Shown: piece by piece, positions 13,277 through 26,500 of the stretch
Position numbering within the stretch: the first letter of the stretch is position 1
How the letters are laid out: every line of letters starts with the position of its first letter
Notes under the pieces: model-generated
The model's input: only the letters and a program-made list of their open reading frames with translations
What the model was told of the DNA's origin: nothing
Databases searched by the model: none
DNA from: Tubulanus polymorphus
Lineage: Eukaryota > Animalia > Nemertea
Length of the DNA: 64,000 nucleotides
Assembly: GCF_964204645.1 (NCBI RefSeq)
Contig: NC_134028.1
Coordinates: 1,798,001-1,862,000 of the forward strand
Reading direction: 5' to 3'
Program-made: the position numbers and the translations under genes

Positions 13277-16207
13277 TATCTCCATATTTCAACAGGTTAT
13301 CGACCAATTGTTGAGGCCAAAAAGGACACCTCCCTGTAAACAGTATGTAAATGCATTACTTATCTCGGTTTCTCCTCAAGAGAATTCATAATTAAAACAC
13401 ACAAAAGCCACTTCGTAATACTTTAATATTTAAGCTTCGTTAAAAGTGATTTTGTGACAATGAATTTTGGATTTCAACATTCTACGTGTAGTGCGTATTT
13501 ATCTATATACAGTGAATTAAGGATATCCTGATCAAGCAAAACAACGACTGAAATCTGCGGACCGTTTTACACTGAGATCATACTTATGGGAAAATATAAC
13601 AGAGTTTTAATTAAAATTTTCATTACTATCACAAGTAGGATCCAGCTATATTATCCATGACATTGAAATAAGGCATATCCAGCTTCAGACTTTTGGATTG
13701 ATTCCAATTTTAACAGTCTGGTTTGATCTTGGATTTAATGTGCTTTTTCGCGCACATGTTGAATAATATAACTGTTTTCTACAAATATTTGCAACATCTG
13801 AAGAATATTGCAGACATTTCTTAAGCTCCCATAAACTGACGAGTCTAATACTTGCAGATTAAAGAATTTAAATTTGATCTACAAAACATTTAAACGTACT
13901 GGAATTTTAACTATTTTCAAGACAGGACAAAGAAAATCCTTCTTTTTCTTCATTGCCTTCATTAAAACCTTCAATATTTGTTTAGAAAACATAGTTTTAT
14001 TGATTATTGATACTGAATACTTGAGATCAATGATTTCCAGCAGCTATTTACTGGGATGATGAAATAAGGATAATATTTGGAGGAAATAAACAAACATGTT
14101 TCTTTGACATACCAGTTTTTTCTGAGTGAAATTACTTAACCATTTCAGTATTGATAGCTTCATAAAATAGACGCAAATTGTCGTAACTGCAGGTTTGGTT
14201 TAATAGGAAACCAGTTTGTAATATAACATCAACAGTTTAGCCACAATCAGCATTGTCTCCTATCTATCTATAAACTACAATTCACAGCTCAAATATTACA
14301 AACCTTGTATTCATCATTTAAAATTCAAAGCGAAGAAAGATAAACTAAAAGTTAAAAGCCCACAGCAACAGAGACTTGAAAATTCAACATTCCACCCACT
14401 AAAAACTTCATAAAAGTGTTGCACAGTACCAATTCTGGAGTGAATTTCTATTTCGTGGAGAATTTGTTGGAGCCAGAAAAAATGTTTACTGTACCCTTAA
14501 AGTGAATATTCACTCCAGGCCTGTGTTCTGAAAAAGCATGCACCCATTATTTTTTGGATTACGAAATCATTTTACTTGAGTGAACATCAAAGTCAAACTT
14601 AGCAATCATTATTGAGATTATAAACGCTATACCATATTGTATGTTTGTAACAGAAAATTAGAATCCTGTTAAATGAAGATAAAGAGCTTTCATACACATC
14701 ATAAGTTGCACACTTGCGTTAATTACTAAATATACAAATTTTTCTATTTACAAAATAATTTATAGTACGCCATGTATGTAATAAATAACAGAATCATTTT
14801 TATCTCAAATTCAAGGGAGCAACATAAAACAATGCCTTTTATAGAAATTAATTATCAACATTACCTGGGTGTTGGCCTATTTTCATGATGTTTTTGTCAT
14901 TTTGAACTGCGGTTACACCACTTAAGGAGTGAATACCAAAAATACCACCTCAAAAAACACCATCAAATCGTCGACACGGCCAAATTACTGAAGCACATTT
15001 CATGATATATGGAATGATAGAATTTGTATCTTTTGCACGCAACAAAACTTTGTAGTTCGAATAATATTTGTCAACATAAAACCTTACTATACAAGAAAAT
15101 CAACTGCCTTCAAACAAGAAAAACTCTGACAAACTTCAATCATCTTTAAATCAACACAAATCACTTGGCAATATTCGGATACAACACATTAACCACGAGA
15201 CATAGCATCAATTTTCATCAACCAAGGTTTATTCTAACATTGAGGGTCCCAAAAACACATTTCAGATCTTGTACTTGGAAATTGGTCCCTACAAGATTGC
15301 ATCACTACCATAACTAATAATCCTTCAAGCATTAAAACCATCAACACATTCACATACGAAGGAAGTTCACGAAAATATGTAAAGAATATCATTAAATTTT
15401 TCTAGAGGAGACAAACAGTGAAGTATCTAAATGATATGATTCTTCGCTACGTTTAACTTCAAAGCAACATTCAGAACTTTTTATTCTATAGCAGTTTGAC
15501 TGATTACTGATGAGCTTATCAATCAGTAATTTAAAGCATAGTTCATTTGAGTAAAGAATGAAATCGACGAATAAAATAACTTCATTGTTCGTTTTGAAAT
15601 TGGTATTTTACTCTCTTGACATACGTTTTAACCTACTTTTGACTTTTAGCGACTCAAGAAAATGCACTTCACTGTCGGATACTAGAATACATACAAAGCA
15701 GTCGATCAATTTTGAAAAAATTTTCGCCAATTTTCAAAGAACAAAGAAACGAACATAGTTCTGTTCCATACCAGCCAAATATTCAGCACATTTTAACATT
15801 TGATTTTAATCCCTGCATGATTAAAGCTTTTAGCTCTCTTTATCTCTTATCAACTGGCCGGATTTATGAGACGCATCAACAGTCCTTTCACTTAACAGTT
15901 AAACGAAATGAAACAAATAATCGTACACATATTCGATACATGTAGTATTCATTAGTATTGACCACTATACGACAACGATTCAGCATCTAATTTTTCGAAT
16001 GTTTTTGAGAAAAATAAAAATTTCTTCCGATTATATTTCTTTTCACGTATATGAGATCCGCTGAAAAGCTTGCAACTGATTTTTCATACCCTACACAAGT
16101 ATTAAAAGCATCGGCAAAAAGTCGTCGCATCATTACAACTTTGACCACAACGCCGCCGCCACGCGACGGTCAACTCGGCTTTCATCCTCATCGCTCGCAA
16201 AATCTAA

Positions 16208-17971
16208 TCATCGTTCTTTGCTCGTTAGACGTTCAATTAGTTCTGATAGCGGAGCCAGCTCTTTTTTCTCGATCAAATTGAACTCTTGAACGAAGAATAT
16301 GAAATGTTTAAACGATGTGTTTAGATGCGGCTCCTCGCTCAATGACACAACCTCGCTGAAGTGTTGATGATATATATGTGCGTACACGCGGAACAAACGT
16401 TTCAATATTGTCTTCGCGATTGACAGGAAATTTTTCGGAAATGGAACGCCTGGAAAAGTTAATAATCAATACTCAGTTAACTAAACCTGTTTAATCCAAA
16501 TAATTTTGATCCAAATTTTAGATGGAAATTACCGTATTCACCTAAACGTATACAAGAAAACCCCCTTAATTCAGATCATTTGAGACAAACAAATTAAAGT
16601 TATTTTACATACATCAAAGGACCTAAATTCATCTGGATTCTGATCAAAATCCTGATTAAACTGATCACGATTTGACTAAGTGGGTTTCATTGTTTGACTT
16701 TTCAACAGGTACCGGTATCTTTGCATAAATTGGATTGGTCCAATATAAAAGTCATTCAGGGTTTAATACTATATTTTCACCTGCTAAAGGGGAACAACAG
16801 CTGAAATGTTTACAATCTCACTCACCAATTTTAGAAGGAAATATAGTTTCATCATCTAGTTGATTTTGGACCCAAGTCATTAGATAATCGATATATTTTG
16901 GTGCCGAACACTTGATCGGTTTTTTCACAGTCTGTCCATCTGCCCAATGGTATTCATATTTTGGCCCCGCTGACATAACCGGACATTTTTCTTCCATACA
17001 AAATTCCGTTATTGTTCCGTACAGCATGTTTATCTGATTGAAAAAATCCACAGCTGAAACGAGAAGAAAATGTACCTTAACATCAGGTAAGATTTTCATT
17101 CATCTCAAATCAAATAAATCCTGAAATTCTAAGATTAGGGCCACAGAGTTGAACAGGTGTTTAACGCCCCTCTGATGCAAGTGGTATCGTAATTTTGACT
17201 CCCGAAATTCTTAAATTCGTCTATTTTTTGACTATATACATTCTTCCTGGAAAAACTGTTCAACAGTTGCAGGTTACAAATATGACCCTTCTTAGTTTTA
17301 GGAATCATTTTTGGGGCAGGGTGCCGGGTTCGGGTTCATGAAAAAATTCAAGCTTAAAACTTCCAAGTTTGACTATAGTTCTGATCTAAAACATGGAAGT
17401 AACCGATAGCAATTCGAGTTTAACATTTTAGTGATATCGGGAGCAGGACTTTAAGAACTTACTATTAACAGCCACCCATTCATTGAGATCTTCACCCTCC
17501 GGAAGCATCACTGCTAATCTTAAATTACCACTACCCAGCGTCGCCGCAGCATGTTTCATTAAATCATACTGATGCGTTCCTTCAGGAATGTTCTTCTTCG
17601 GCTTGAATGTTTTGTTATTTCGGCTTCCACTGAAACGAACAGATTAAATATTTCCGTCATAGGAAACTGACGACAGGAACCTCACAATGAATCACTGAGT
17701 ATTGGTTGAGGTGCTTTGTGTATTTATCATTCAACCACCAGTTACACTGTCACCATCGACGGCTGTCTGAAGTCGATGAGTAGAGGAGGGCCGTAGAGGA
17801 GGTCGAGTTAGGAAATGGATTAGGGGTTATAGGCCTGAATTTAATACTATTCTTCAGTAGGTCACTGATCGAATTGATCCATCAGTTTTTAGTGTAAAAC
17901 AAGGGAGCTGTCAAACATTCCGAACCGGAAACGTCAAAATATACGAAGAATACTCACAATAAGAAGCTCAT
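16208..17971 (-). CDS. MOB1: MOB kinase activator 1 (Hippo pathway; 216 aa)
   Basis: Exons 17971-17958, 17629-17463, 17053-16826 and 16449-16208 total 651 nt. The protein reads MSFLFGSRNNKTFKPKKNIPEGTHQYDLMKHAAATLGSGNLRLAVMLPEGEDLNEWVAVN...CPVMSAGPKYEYHWADG...KRLFRVYAHIYHQHF...HLNTSFKHFIFFVQEFNLI. Confidence 0.97.
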
Positions 17972-17999
17972 TTTCTCGCCTTTTTCGGCCACCGTCGGA

Positions 18000-18648
18000 A
18001 AATTATTACCCCCGAAAGATCGATTATATTCCGCAATCGCCGGTTGTCGAAGGACGGGATTTTCGGTCGACCGATGGGTTCACATTTAAACGATTATAAA
18101 ATATAGACGACGACAAGTTTTGGGTTCAAGTTGCAAGTATTTCCGGGTCAGTGGGTCGGGGATATTTCACAGACCACTTTCTGCATAATGAGGATTTCCC
18201 GATGACGTAAGATACCTATTTGATGAGTGTGAAAGCACTACGTGACGTCATACGAAATTCCTCGATTTGCCAAGGTGGTCTCCTCCTCTATGTGAAATAA
18301 CCCCGACCGAGTCGGTGGTCTGGGTGACAATCTCTCGTCGCACTTGCGAGATTGCGCCTTTTTCATTTCTTACGCCCTTCTTATTCCGTAGACAAAAGCT
18401 ACAAGAGATCAAATACTTCCATATTTAAGCTAGTTTTTATCCGTTAATTCTATTCGACTAATTTATTAACTCGACGTTTCGACAAGTGGTTTTCGTGTTA
18501 TGTGTGCTAAAACCCGGAAGTATTTTTTGCGCAAGATCTCCAAAGTTCTTCAAATCAAAATATAAGACGGAATTGCTTGGATTGTTACTTCTGTTGGCCA
18601 TCGATAACGCATTGATAAAAAGAGGATTGGTCAGAATCAAAGGGCCAG
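18000..18648. promoter_or_regulatory. Probable bidirectional promoter between MOB1 (-) and a non-coding first exon of P4HA (+)
   Basis: CpG-richer segment between head-to-head genes. A CRE palindrome TGACGTCA at 18243-18250 overlaps TACGTG at 18239-18244. A candidate donor cag|gtaaat lies at about 18648, and the P4HA ATG exon has an acceptor at 20496. Confidence 0.4.
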
Positions 18649-20546
18649 GTAAATAGTATAGTTTTATGTCTTTCCTCCGACTTTCGCCGGTTCAAGACCT
18701 GCAAAAATTAAGTAAGAAAGACTCCAAGTCAAGAGTCAAGACAATATTCGCGAGAAAAAAAGAGAAAGCTGCTGCCTGCGTAATGATGGGAACTGTGGAG
18801 CATAACGCTGAGTGATAGTTAATCCCTTAAGTCAGCTATGCTACATATACAGCTGGAATAGTTTAACCGAAGGCAAAAAAGTTGTCCTTGCCCCGCCTGT
18901 AAATAATTTCAAAAACAGATTCCACAAAATTTGGGAAGTCAGACAAAGCGTCCATCAGTCTCGACCAAATTGAACTTGAACTGAATAGTTGGACACATGT
19001 CTTCCTCTTTTTAGATACTCGGTAGACGGTCTTTCTTTAGACGTTTTTCACCGAGGCAACTAATTAAGATAGTATCTCGGTCTAACTGCAGTTTAGGTCA
19101 CCTTCCAGCAGAGTTGTGCCTTATTAGTACCAGTCATTCAACTACAGCTACATACCGGTACATACCGGTACTAGACTTCCATAATATGGACACTTAAACT
19201 GCGATCGTTCTGCATGAAAATTCAAGAAAGCATCAGAGAAATTTAAAAAGTCGGCATTTGAACCCACCACCTCCGGCTAAGCGCAATGTTCAACCTTGAA
19301 GTGCTCCAATGTTCAACCACCCCATTCTATCTATTTACTTATAGCGCCCTAAAGCCCATCATCAGATCTAACTCTGACAGAGTCAAATGTTTATCTCAAC
19401 CTTAAACTTTACCTTATCCTTAAATCTGGCCCTACATATCGAGTTACCCTTCAACCTTTTTGGACCCGAATTCTAAAGACCAAATTTTAACTGGGTTGCC
19501 CAAATATCACATTAGAATGATGCCATATTGGCAAAATATCCTCTTTTATTGCTGCAAACAGAGGCTAGCAGAAAAGGTGGCGTGACAAAAAAACATGATT
19601 CTGGAGTAAATCCAAGGTCCTACCTCCAACGTGGGAGGAATTTGGAAAGTTCAGGGGAGTTCACAACAGCAAAGCCTACTGATTTTACTTCCTAGATTAG
19701 AATCATATTGAAAATTATTTCATTCTCAGTTTAAGGTTCAGTCAACAAATCAATGTCATGTTCAAAATTCTGTGTTGGAAATGAATTTTTTCTTCATTTT
19801 TGCAATAGGCCTGATCTTGTTTGTACAATTTTTACAATATCATAGGCTATATCCTCCTGTGTGTGGTACAAGGCTGTTGTTATGTTTCTCAATGCATATG
19901 TGACTTGTCTCATGTAGTACTGATAGATAGTATTCTAACCACATGTTTTAGTGTTTAGCCGCGTATCGGTGCGTTCTACTTACAGCCTCACTTATGGGGT
20001 ACAAGGTGTTTACTCGGTAAATTACTAAATTAGGGAGAAATCAAGCCTTGCATAAAGCGTTGAATCAAATACGATTAAAAGAACGCTAATTAATTCACTG
20101 TATGACATTTGTATTAATAATGATGATTTATTGTAATGATAATTGACCCAGTATCAGAACTGTGTCGCTGTTATCTTTGCATCCCTTCATGAGCCTCATT
20201 GTGTAGATGTGGCACTTTGACGTGCCATGGTTTCGTTTTCTTTTTTTGAGGGGGTCGTATTACGAGTTGTTCGGTCTCACAGACTCCACTGACAGCCAGT
20301 TAAATAGGTTGGAACGTCATTTATGAAATAGCAAATATTTTAGAAGAAAATCATACCAAAATCCCATCATATATTTCCTAAGTTTTTTCTATTTAGTTCG
20401 GTGGTATTTTCTTAGGAACTTTGATTTAGAAATGAAGAACTTTTTTGACGTGGCACCTGTGAGATTTGTAACTGGTCCCTCTATCTTTCATTACAGTGTC
20501 TATATGAATTACTAGTCTATTCAGCAGTAGCTGCAGCAGTGTGAAA

Positions 20547-23500
20547 ATGATGCATGCTGTGCCGATATTCACATTAATAATCATCGTCCAGTGTCACCGA
20601 GTCGTCGAGGGCAGCGGTGAGAAGTTCACCGCCATCATTGAACTGAAGAAAGTTTTACACGCCGAACGTGATATCGCTAATGAAATCGATGATTATATCA
20701 AAGCTGAAGAGGACCGTTTATCGAAACTGCGCAGGTCAGTATATACTTACTTAGCCTACTAATGTCTGTTTGACAAACCTGATTGGTCTGGCGCCTCCTT
20801 TTTCCAATCAGTTGTTGTTGAAAAATATATTGGGAAAATGTTAGTATTCGTTTTTTGAAAATAATGATTTTATAAGCAGGAATCAATTTTCTTATGCCGC
20901 TCGATGGGACTCAACGACAATAAATTTCTTGTTATTCAGCGTTTTGCCCCTTTCAAATTTGTTTAAAAAAAATGAGATTTACCAGTCTATAGGATAATAC
21001 ATTTCTTAAAAAGATTCGGTCCGTTTTGGATTTGTTTCTACTGAAGCCTGTGGTTTTTATTCTACATGAGCCTGTTTTCTATTGTCACTGTGATGAATAC
21101 AATAAAACCTGTGTTAGGAAGCATAGATATTCAGGCTACAGTTCTCAGTATTTCTTCGTTATGTGATGTGGTCTATAACCCGCATGAGCCTCTGGCAAAC
21201 TGAGAAATAAATGGTTTATTGAGAGCAATTGTTTATTTTCAGGATCTCTGCTGACTATAAGAAACACAGTCACGATGCTCTCCTCGACACTGAGAGATAT
21301 TTAGGCAATCCTGTCAATGCTTATTTGCTGGTGAAAAGATTTACTATCGACTGGAACAACATCGTTCAATCATTCATTAGTAATAGTACTATTCAAGGTA
21401 ATCAAGTCTGTATCTAGTGATGCATACTTCTTGGTGCTTACAAGTATTCAGGGTGGCCAATTACTGGAGATCAGGCAAGATTCGGGGAATTTTTTTTTCT
21501 TTTGAAAAGTCAGGTAATAGTCATGGAATTTTGTTTAAAAAAAGATTAGAATCAGAGAAGTCGGGGAAATTTGTTGAGATAGTCAGATAGTATTTGATTT
21601 TGAGGGTAGTCTCGGAAAATTCCAGGATAAAGCAAATCAAATGAAGGTGGCCACCCTGTTTTGTGAAAAATGATTTTATTCACAACAGAATCAACGATTA
21701 AATCGAAAAAAATCTTCGAGAAAGTTTTTAGATTTCTTTTTTTTTCTAAACAGAATTAGTGAATAAAATCAACACTCGTCAGGACGACTTCCCGGACGGC
21801 GATGACTTATCTGGCGTTATCACCGCGTTGCTGCGATTACAGGATACGTACCAAATACCAGCCTCAAAAATCGCGAAAGGAGAAATTGCCGGCGTCGATG
21901 GAGATAAGACCCCGGAACTTAGTGGTTAGTTTTGCGATGAGGTTTTCTGTTTAAATGTTCTCTTGAAGACAGTAATTTAACTCTTGATTATGATGAGATT
22001 TCATACTAACTATTCGTTGAAAACTAAACATCTATGATTGACAGTTAAAATATAGATGATTTTTTTTAGAAGATTCTGTTGATTCTTCTAAAAGTTTATC
22101 TAGATTTAGTATATTACTAATTGCTATTTTGCACCGGTCATCAATATGCTATCGTGCTATTTTGCACGTGAACTGGTCATCAATTGCAAGTTTGAAATAT
22201 ACCCTGATATGTGTGCATGGCTTCGTTATAGACAAATGCCTATATTCTCTGACAAATTTGACTACCATATCCCCCAAAATCCTTTAATATAGTTGTTATA
22301 GATTGAATGATTAATCAATAATGAGCTTATTTAAGTTGTCATTTCATAAAAGGTATTTATGATTACAGAGTAATATCAGTGGTAAGTGTTCACCTGTTAA
22401 AAGTGTCGCTTCAGTTATCTGCTCGCATACCGAGGGTAGTCATTTTTGAAAAATTATTAAGATTAGAATTGTTGACATTTTGACTTTTAAAAAAAGGTGA
22501 TGAAATGATGATTCCTGACAATGTTAGCGGATAATTGAACATAAAACGTGGTCTGGAGGTATTTTAGAAATTCTGGATTAAGTTTTAAATCTGGGGCGTC
22601 TGGTGTAGGAAAATGGAAAAGGATGAATCTACTTTGTCATTTCAGTTCATAAATGAATAAATGTGATACAAATTTTGTCTGAAAATTAGGCATGCTGCCT
22701 TCCTAGAATACAGTAGAACTCAGCTCTGAGATGCACAGTTGCGAAGTCTTAATGGTCAAATATGGCTATGGAACCACAATGAGCTGTATACAGATCATAT
22801 GTGTAAAGTCTTCACTGTGCAACGCGGACCCTGATCAGTAAAATTCAGGTTTATAGCATGAATATGCATGTACTATATTTGTATTATAGCTGCTGATTGT
22901 TTTGAACTGGGACGAGCGTCATATAATGTCGGAGACTATTACCACGCGATACCTTGGATGCAAGAGACATTGGATAGAATTACTCTACTCTCTGACCGTA
23001 CCGTCAACAAGGTTACAGTTCTCGATTACTTAGCATTCTCTATTTATAAGGTCAGTGCTCTTGTCAGACTCTAAAACGAAGAGTGTATCATTTTCGAGTC
23101 CATGTTCAGCCTGAATGTGAAGCCATCTTCAGTGAATGTAAATTAAGTAAGAATATAGATGTCTCTACCGGTGTCCTTAATTTCAATTCGAGTTTTCAAC
23201 GTAAAGGTGAGTAATTTGGGAAAATTTCCTGGCAGTCGATGACATAGTTACAAACATCTTCATTCTTCATGTAAGTAGTACTGCTATTTAGCTTTGTAGA
23301 TAGATCATTACCTAGTTTGTGAAAATATCCGATTGTTAAACTAAACCACAGACAAGCTACTAACTACTTCGTAGAGTGATATTACGTAAGAACGTTAATT
23401 AGAAAACCTTGCTTCACTTGTATATATAGACATAGATGCATGATGTACAATGCTTTCTCCATCCCTTTATTAGATTCACTAACGTATTATTTACTAACAA

Positions 23501-26500
23501 TATACCTCTAGTATTGATTATCATTGATGTTGAAAATGTTATAGGGGGCTGATTTGTTTTTTATGCCGGTACTGTTGGACTGGTCTTGTACTTCATTTGT
23601 ATTTGTTTTGCTAACATGTTTAGTAGTGTTAACCCTGTTGTATGTAGTCGTGATTGAGTTGTTAAATGCAGTTTTTGAGTTGTGTTTGTGGATCATTTTG
23701 TTTTTGCAGCCGCTGACAGTTTTTCTCTGGGTAGGTACGCGTATACGGAGGATGATTTCTATCATACGTTTATCTGGATGAGGCAGGCGTTAGACCAGGT
23801 AAACGCCGGTGATAGCTCTAAGGACTGGTCGACTATTGTCGACCATCTTGCTTTTGCTGCGATGCAAGTAAGTTAAAGTGAAATATCTTTTTAATTTTAA
23901 GAAAATCGCCAGCAACCTGGACCCACCCCTTAAGACATTTGTCACCAGTTTCAAAGTTTTTATTCATTTCAAGATGGCTTCACTTTCATTTCGTAGTACC
24001 ATCAAATCCTTGTTATCATTAGATTTATTTTGTCAGTTTTCAGTTTTTTTTTGGTCCAGAAAGTTCAGTCCAGAAAATCATTCCTTTCCTAATGTTTTCA
24101 TTTTCTAGCAAGGAAATATCAAGTATGCTTTAGACCTGACGAATCAGCTATTGGAAATTGGTAAAGATTTTGATAAATGTCTTCAAATATTTGAATAGAA
24201 CTCCGACCAACATAACTAACTGATGAAGCAATTTAAAAATAATGAATTTTCTTACTTTCAGATCAGTCTCAAGAGCGTTTATTCAACAACAAAAAACACT
24301 ACGAAGAACTTCTGGAAGCTAAAGCGATGAATGGTGAACCGATCTCGGATTCAATTAGGAACGAGCAACCGTCAAATCAGTATCAACAAGGCAGTGAATT
24401 CATTGTCTATGAGAAACTCTGTCGCGGTGAAGATACACATGTAAGGTTTGCCTTTATACGAAGACTTGTATTTAAATGCAGCCGTCTTCATTCAGCCGCT
24501 GAAGGATATTTGAATATGTACTATTTGTATGTAGTGTGAATGTGAAGTTATTTCTATTTCAGCCACAACCTCCGGCACGTGTTCTAGTGTGTAGTTATGA
24601 GGATTTTGGTCGACCCTGGTTGAAATACGGTCCTATTAAACAGGAAGTTGTTTACGATAAACCGAGGATTATCATTTTTCACGAAATTATGACCAACTCG
24701 GAAATGGATCGAATTAAAGAGCTTGCCGGACCGCGAGTACGTACTCTGATATACGTTAATAGAATTTGTTGGTCATTTCATTGAGAAAAGTTCTGCAAAT
24801 ATTTACGTAAATTTTTCAGTTGAACCGAGCGACTATACAGAACTCATTGACTGGAAAATTAGAATTCGCAAACTACAGAATTAGTAAAAGGTATGATGAA
24901 TATGTGGTATTGAATATATGCGGTATCTCGTTAGCTTTTCTGGGACTGGTTTTCATTCAAGATTTGCATCGTTATGATTGTTTGAACTCCCTCTTTTAGT
25001 GCCTGGTTAAAGGATGAACTGGATCCAGTTTGTAATAAAATTAATAGAAGAATCCGCCAAATTACTGGACTATCAGTAGATACAGCTGAGGATTTACAGG
25101 TAAATGCAAGAAAGTCTCTTCGGAGCATTGAAGATCCGTGCGCACAAATGTAGTTATTTTGTAGTTATTTTTTACGGTTGTGTTTTTGTTTTCAGGTTGT
25201 AAATTACGGAATAGGAGGTCACTACGAACCACATTTTGATTTTGCACGAGTAAGTTTTCGATGATTACTGGAGTGATCAAATCTCTATTTCAACATTGAA
25301 TAAATGTATCATAATTAGAGAAATAGATCTATTTAAATACCATTAAGAAATTTCATGAGTTTCAAAATAAGATCTATTCAATTTCAGGCTCTTACTTCAT
25401 TAATTTATCTTACAAATTTCAGTAAAATAAAATGCCACTTGTTTACTGTAAACCGGTACATAATAATGAACTGTATAATCTTATCATATATCAGAACTAT
25501 TTAGATATTTCAGAAGCACCTTCTTATTATATTATCATTCAAAAGCTAATGCTTGTATTGAGGAAATCAGTTTGTAAACTATCGGTCCTTCGTGAGATCA
25601 TGATCCACAATACGATCATGTTAGAAATTAGAATAGAAATAAATCTTCATTATTTATCAATTCAATGGCATCTTGCAAATAAAACTAAAAACTCACTGAA
25701 CTGTAGATATTTAGCACTTTTCAGGCCTAGCCAGCTTAAGATGACAATTTCTAAAATAATGAAATGTTCAAAATCATTGAATAATGCATTTAAAGATTAT
25801 TTAATTGCGACATTTCAGGAATCTGATAATGAAGTTACGTAGATTTACCGATTAAGATCAAATTCCTCATTTCATCTTGATGACTTCATAATTTTCTGAC
25901 AATTAACGTATACTACTGTACTTCTTTTTTTCTTTGATTCGAATCGAGCAATTGAATTCCAGTTAAAGCTATTTAATGTGGATGAAGAGTTTCGTTTCGT
26001 CCTCACGATCCGCATTAAATAGATTTATCTGTACTCGCTTCATCAGCATTCTAATATGAACTTGTTTGAAATACAGCGCAGAGAACCAAACGGTTTTGAG
26101 AAGCGCATGGGAAACCGTGTAGCAACTTGGCTTACATATGTGAGTCCTAGTTATACAAACCAAGCTTTATTACATTATTAGCACTATAGAGCACATATAT
26201 ATATGTAATTCATTTATATGAAGTGGATACAGTCCTTCAATCTAATACTAGGTGAAATTATGTCATCTTCGATGGATTGTGCAGCAATGCTTTGACCATA
26301 CTCTAGATTTCCCTAAAACAGACTGTATCCACTTCTGTTCAGTGCAAGTTATTTGTAGCTCCTTAAACCTTAGCCAGAATAGAATATATAATTGTGAATA
26401 GATTGTGGTATGTCAATGTGGCACAATGTCCTGTCATCGTCATCACGGTTGTGCTGAAAAGGTAATCAACTCCTGAATTTTAGGTAGTGTTGTAGTACTA

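Noticed and set aside
12806-13307. Two similar minus-strand ORFs
   Set aside because: They arise from nested MITE inverted repeats.
24820-24890. Third mutually exclusive pair at the 71-nt exon (vertebrate P4HA1 exons 9/10)
   Set aside because: Only one copy is present, and the flanking introns (83 and 109 nt) have no room for a second.
25432-25842. 136-aa ORF in a P4HA intron (also 11895..12320 and 54805..55170)
   Set aside because: These are AT-rich chance ORFs with no motifs or splice support.
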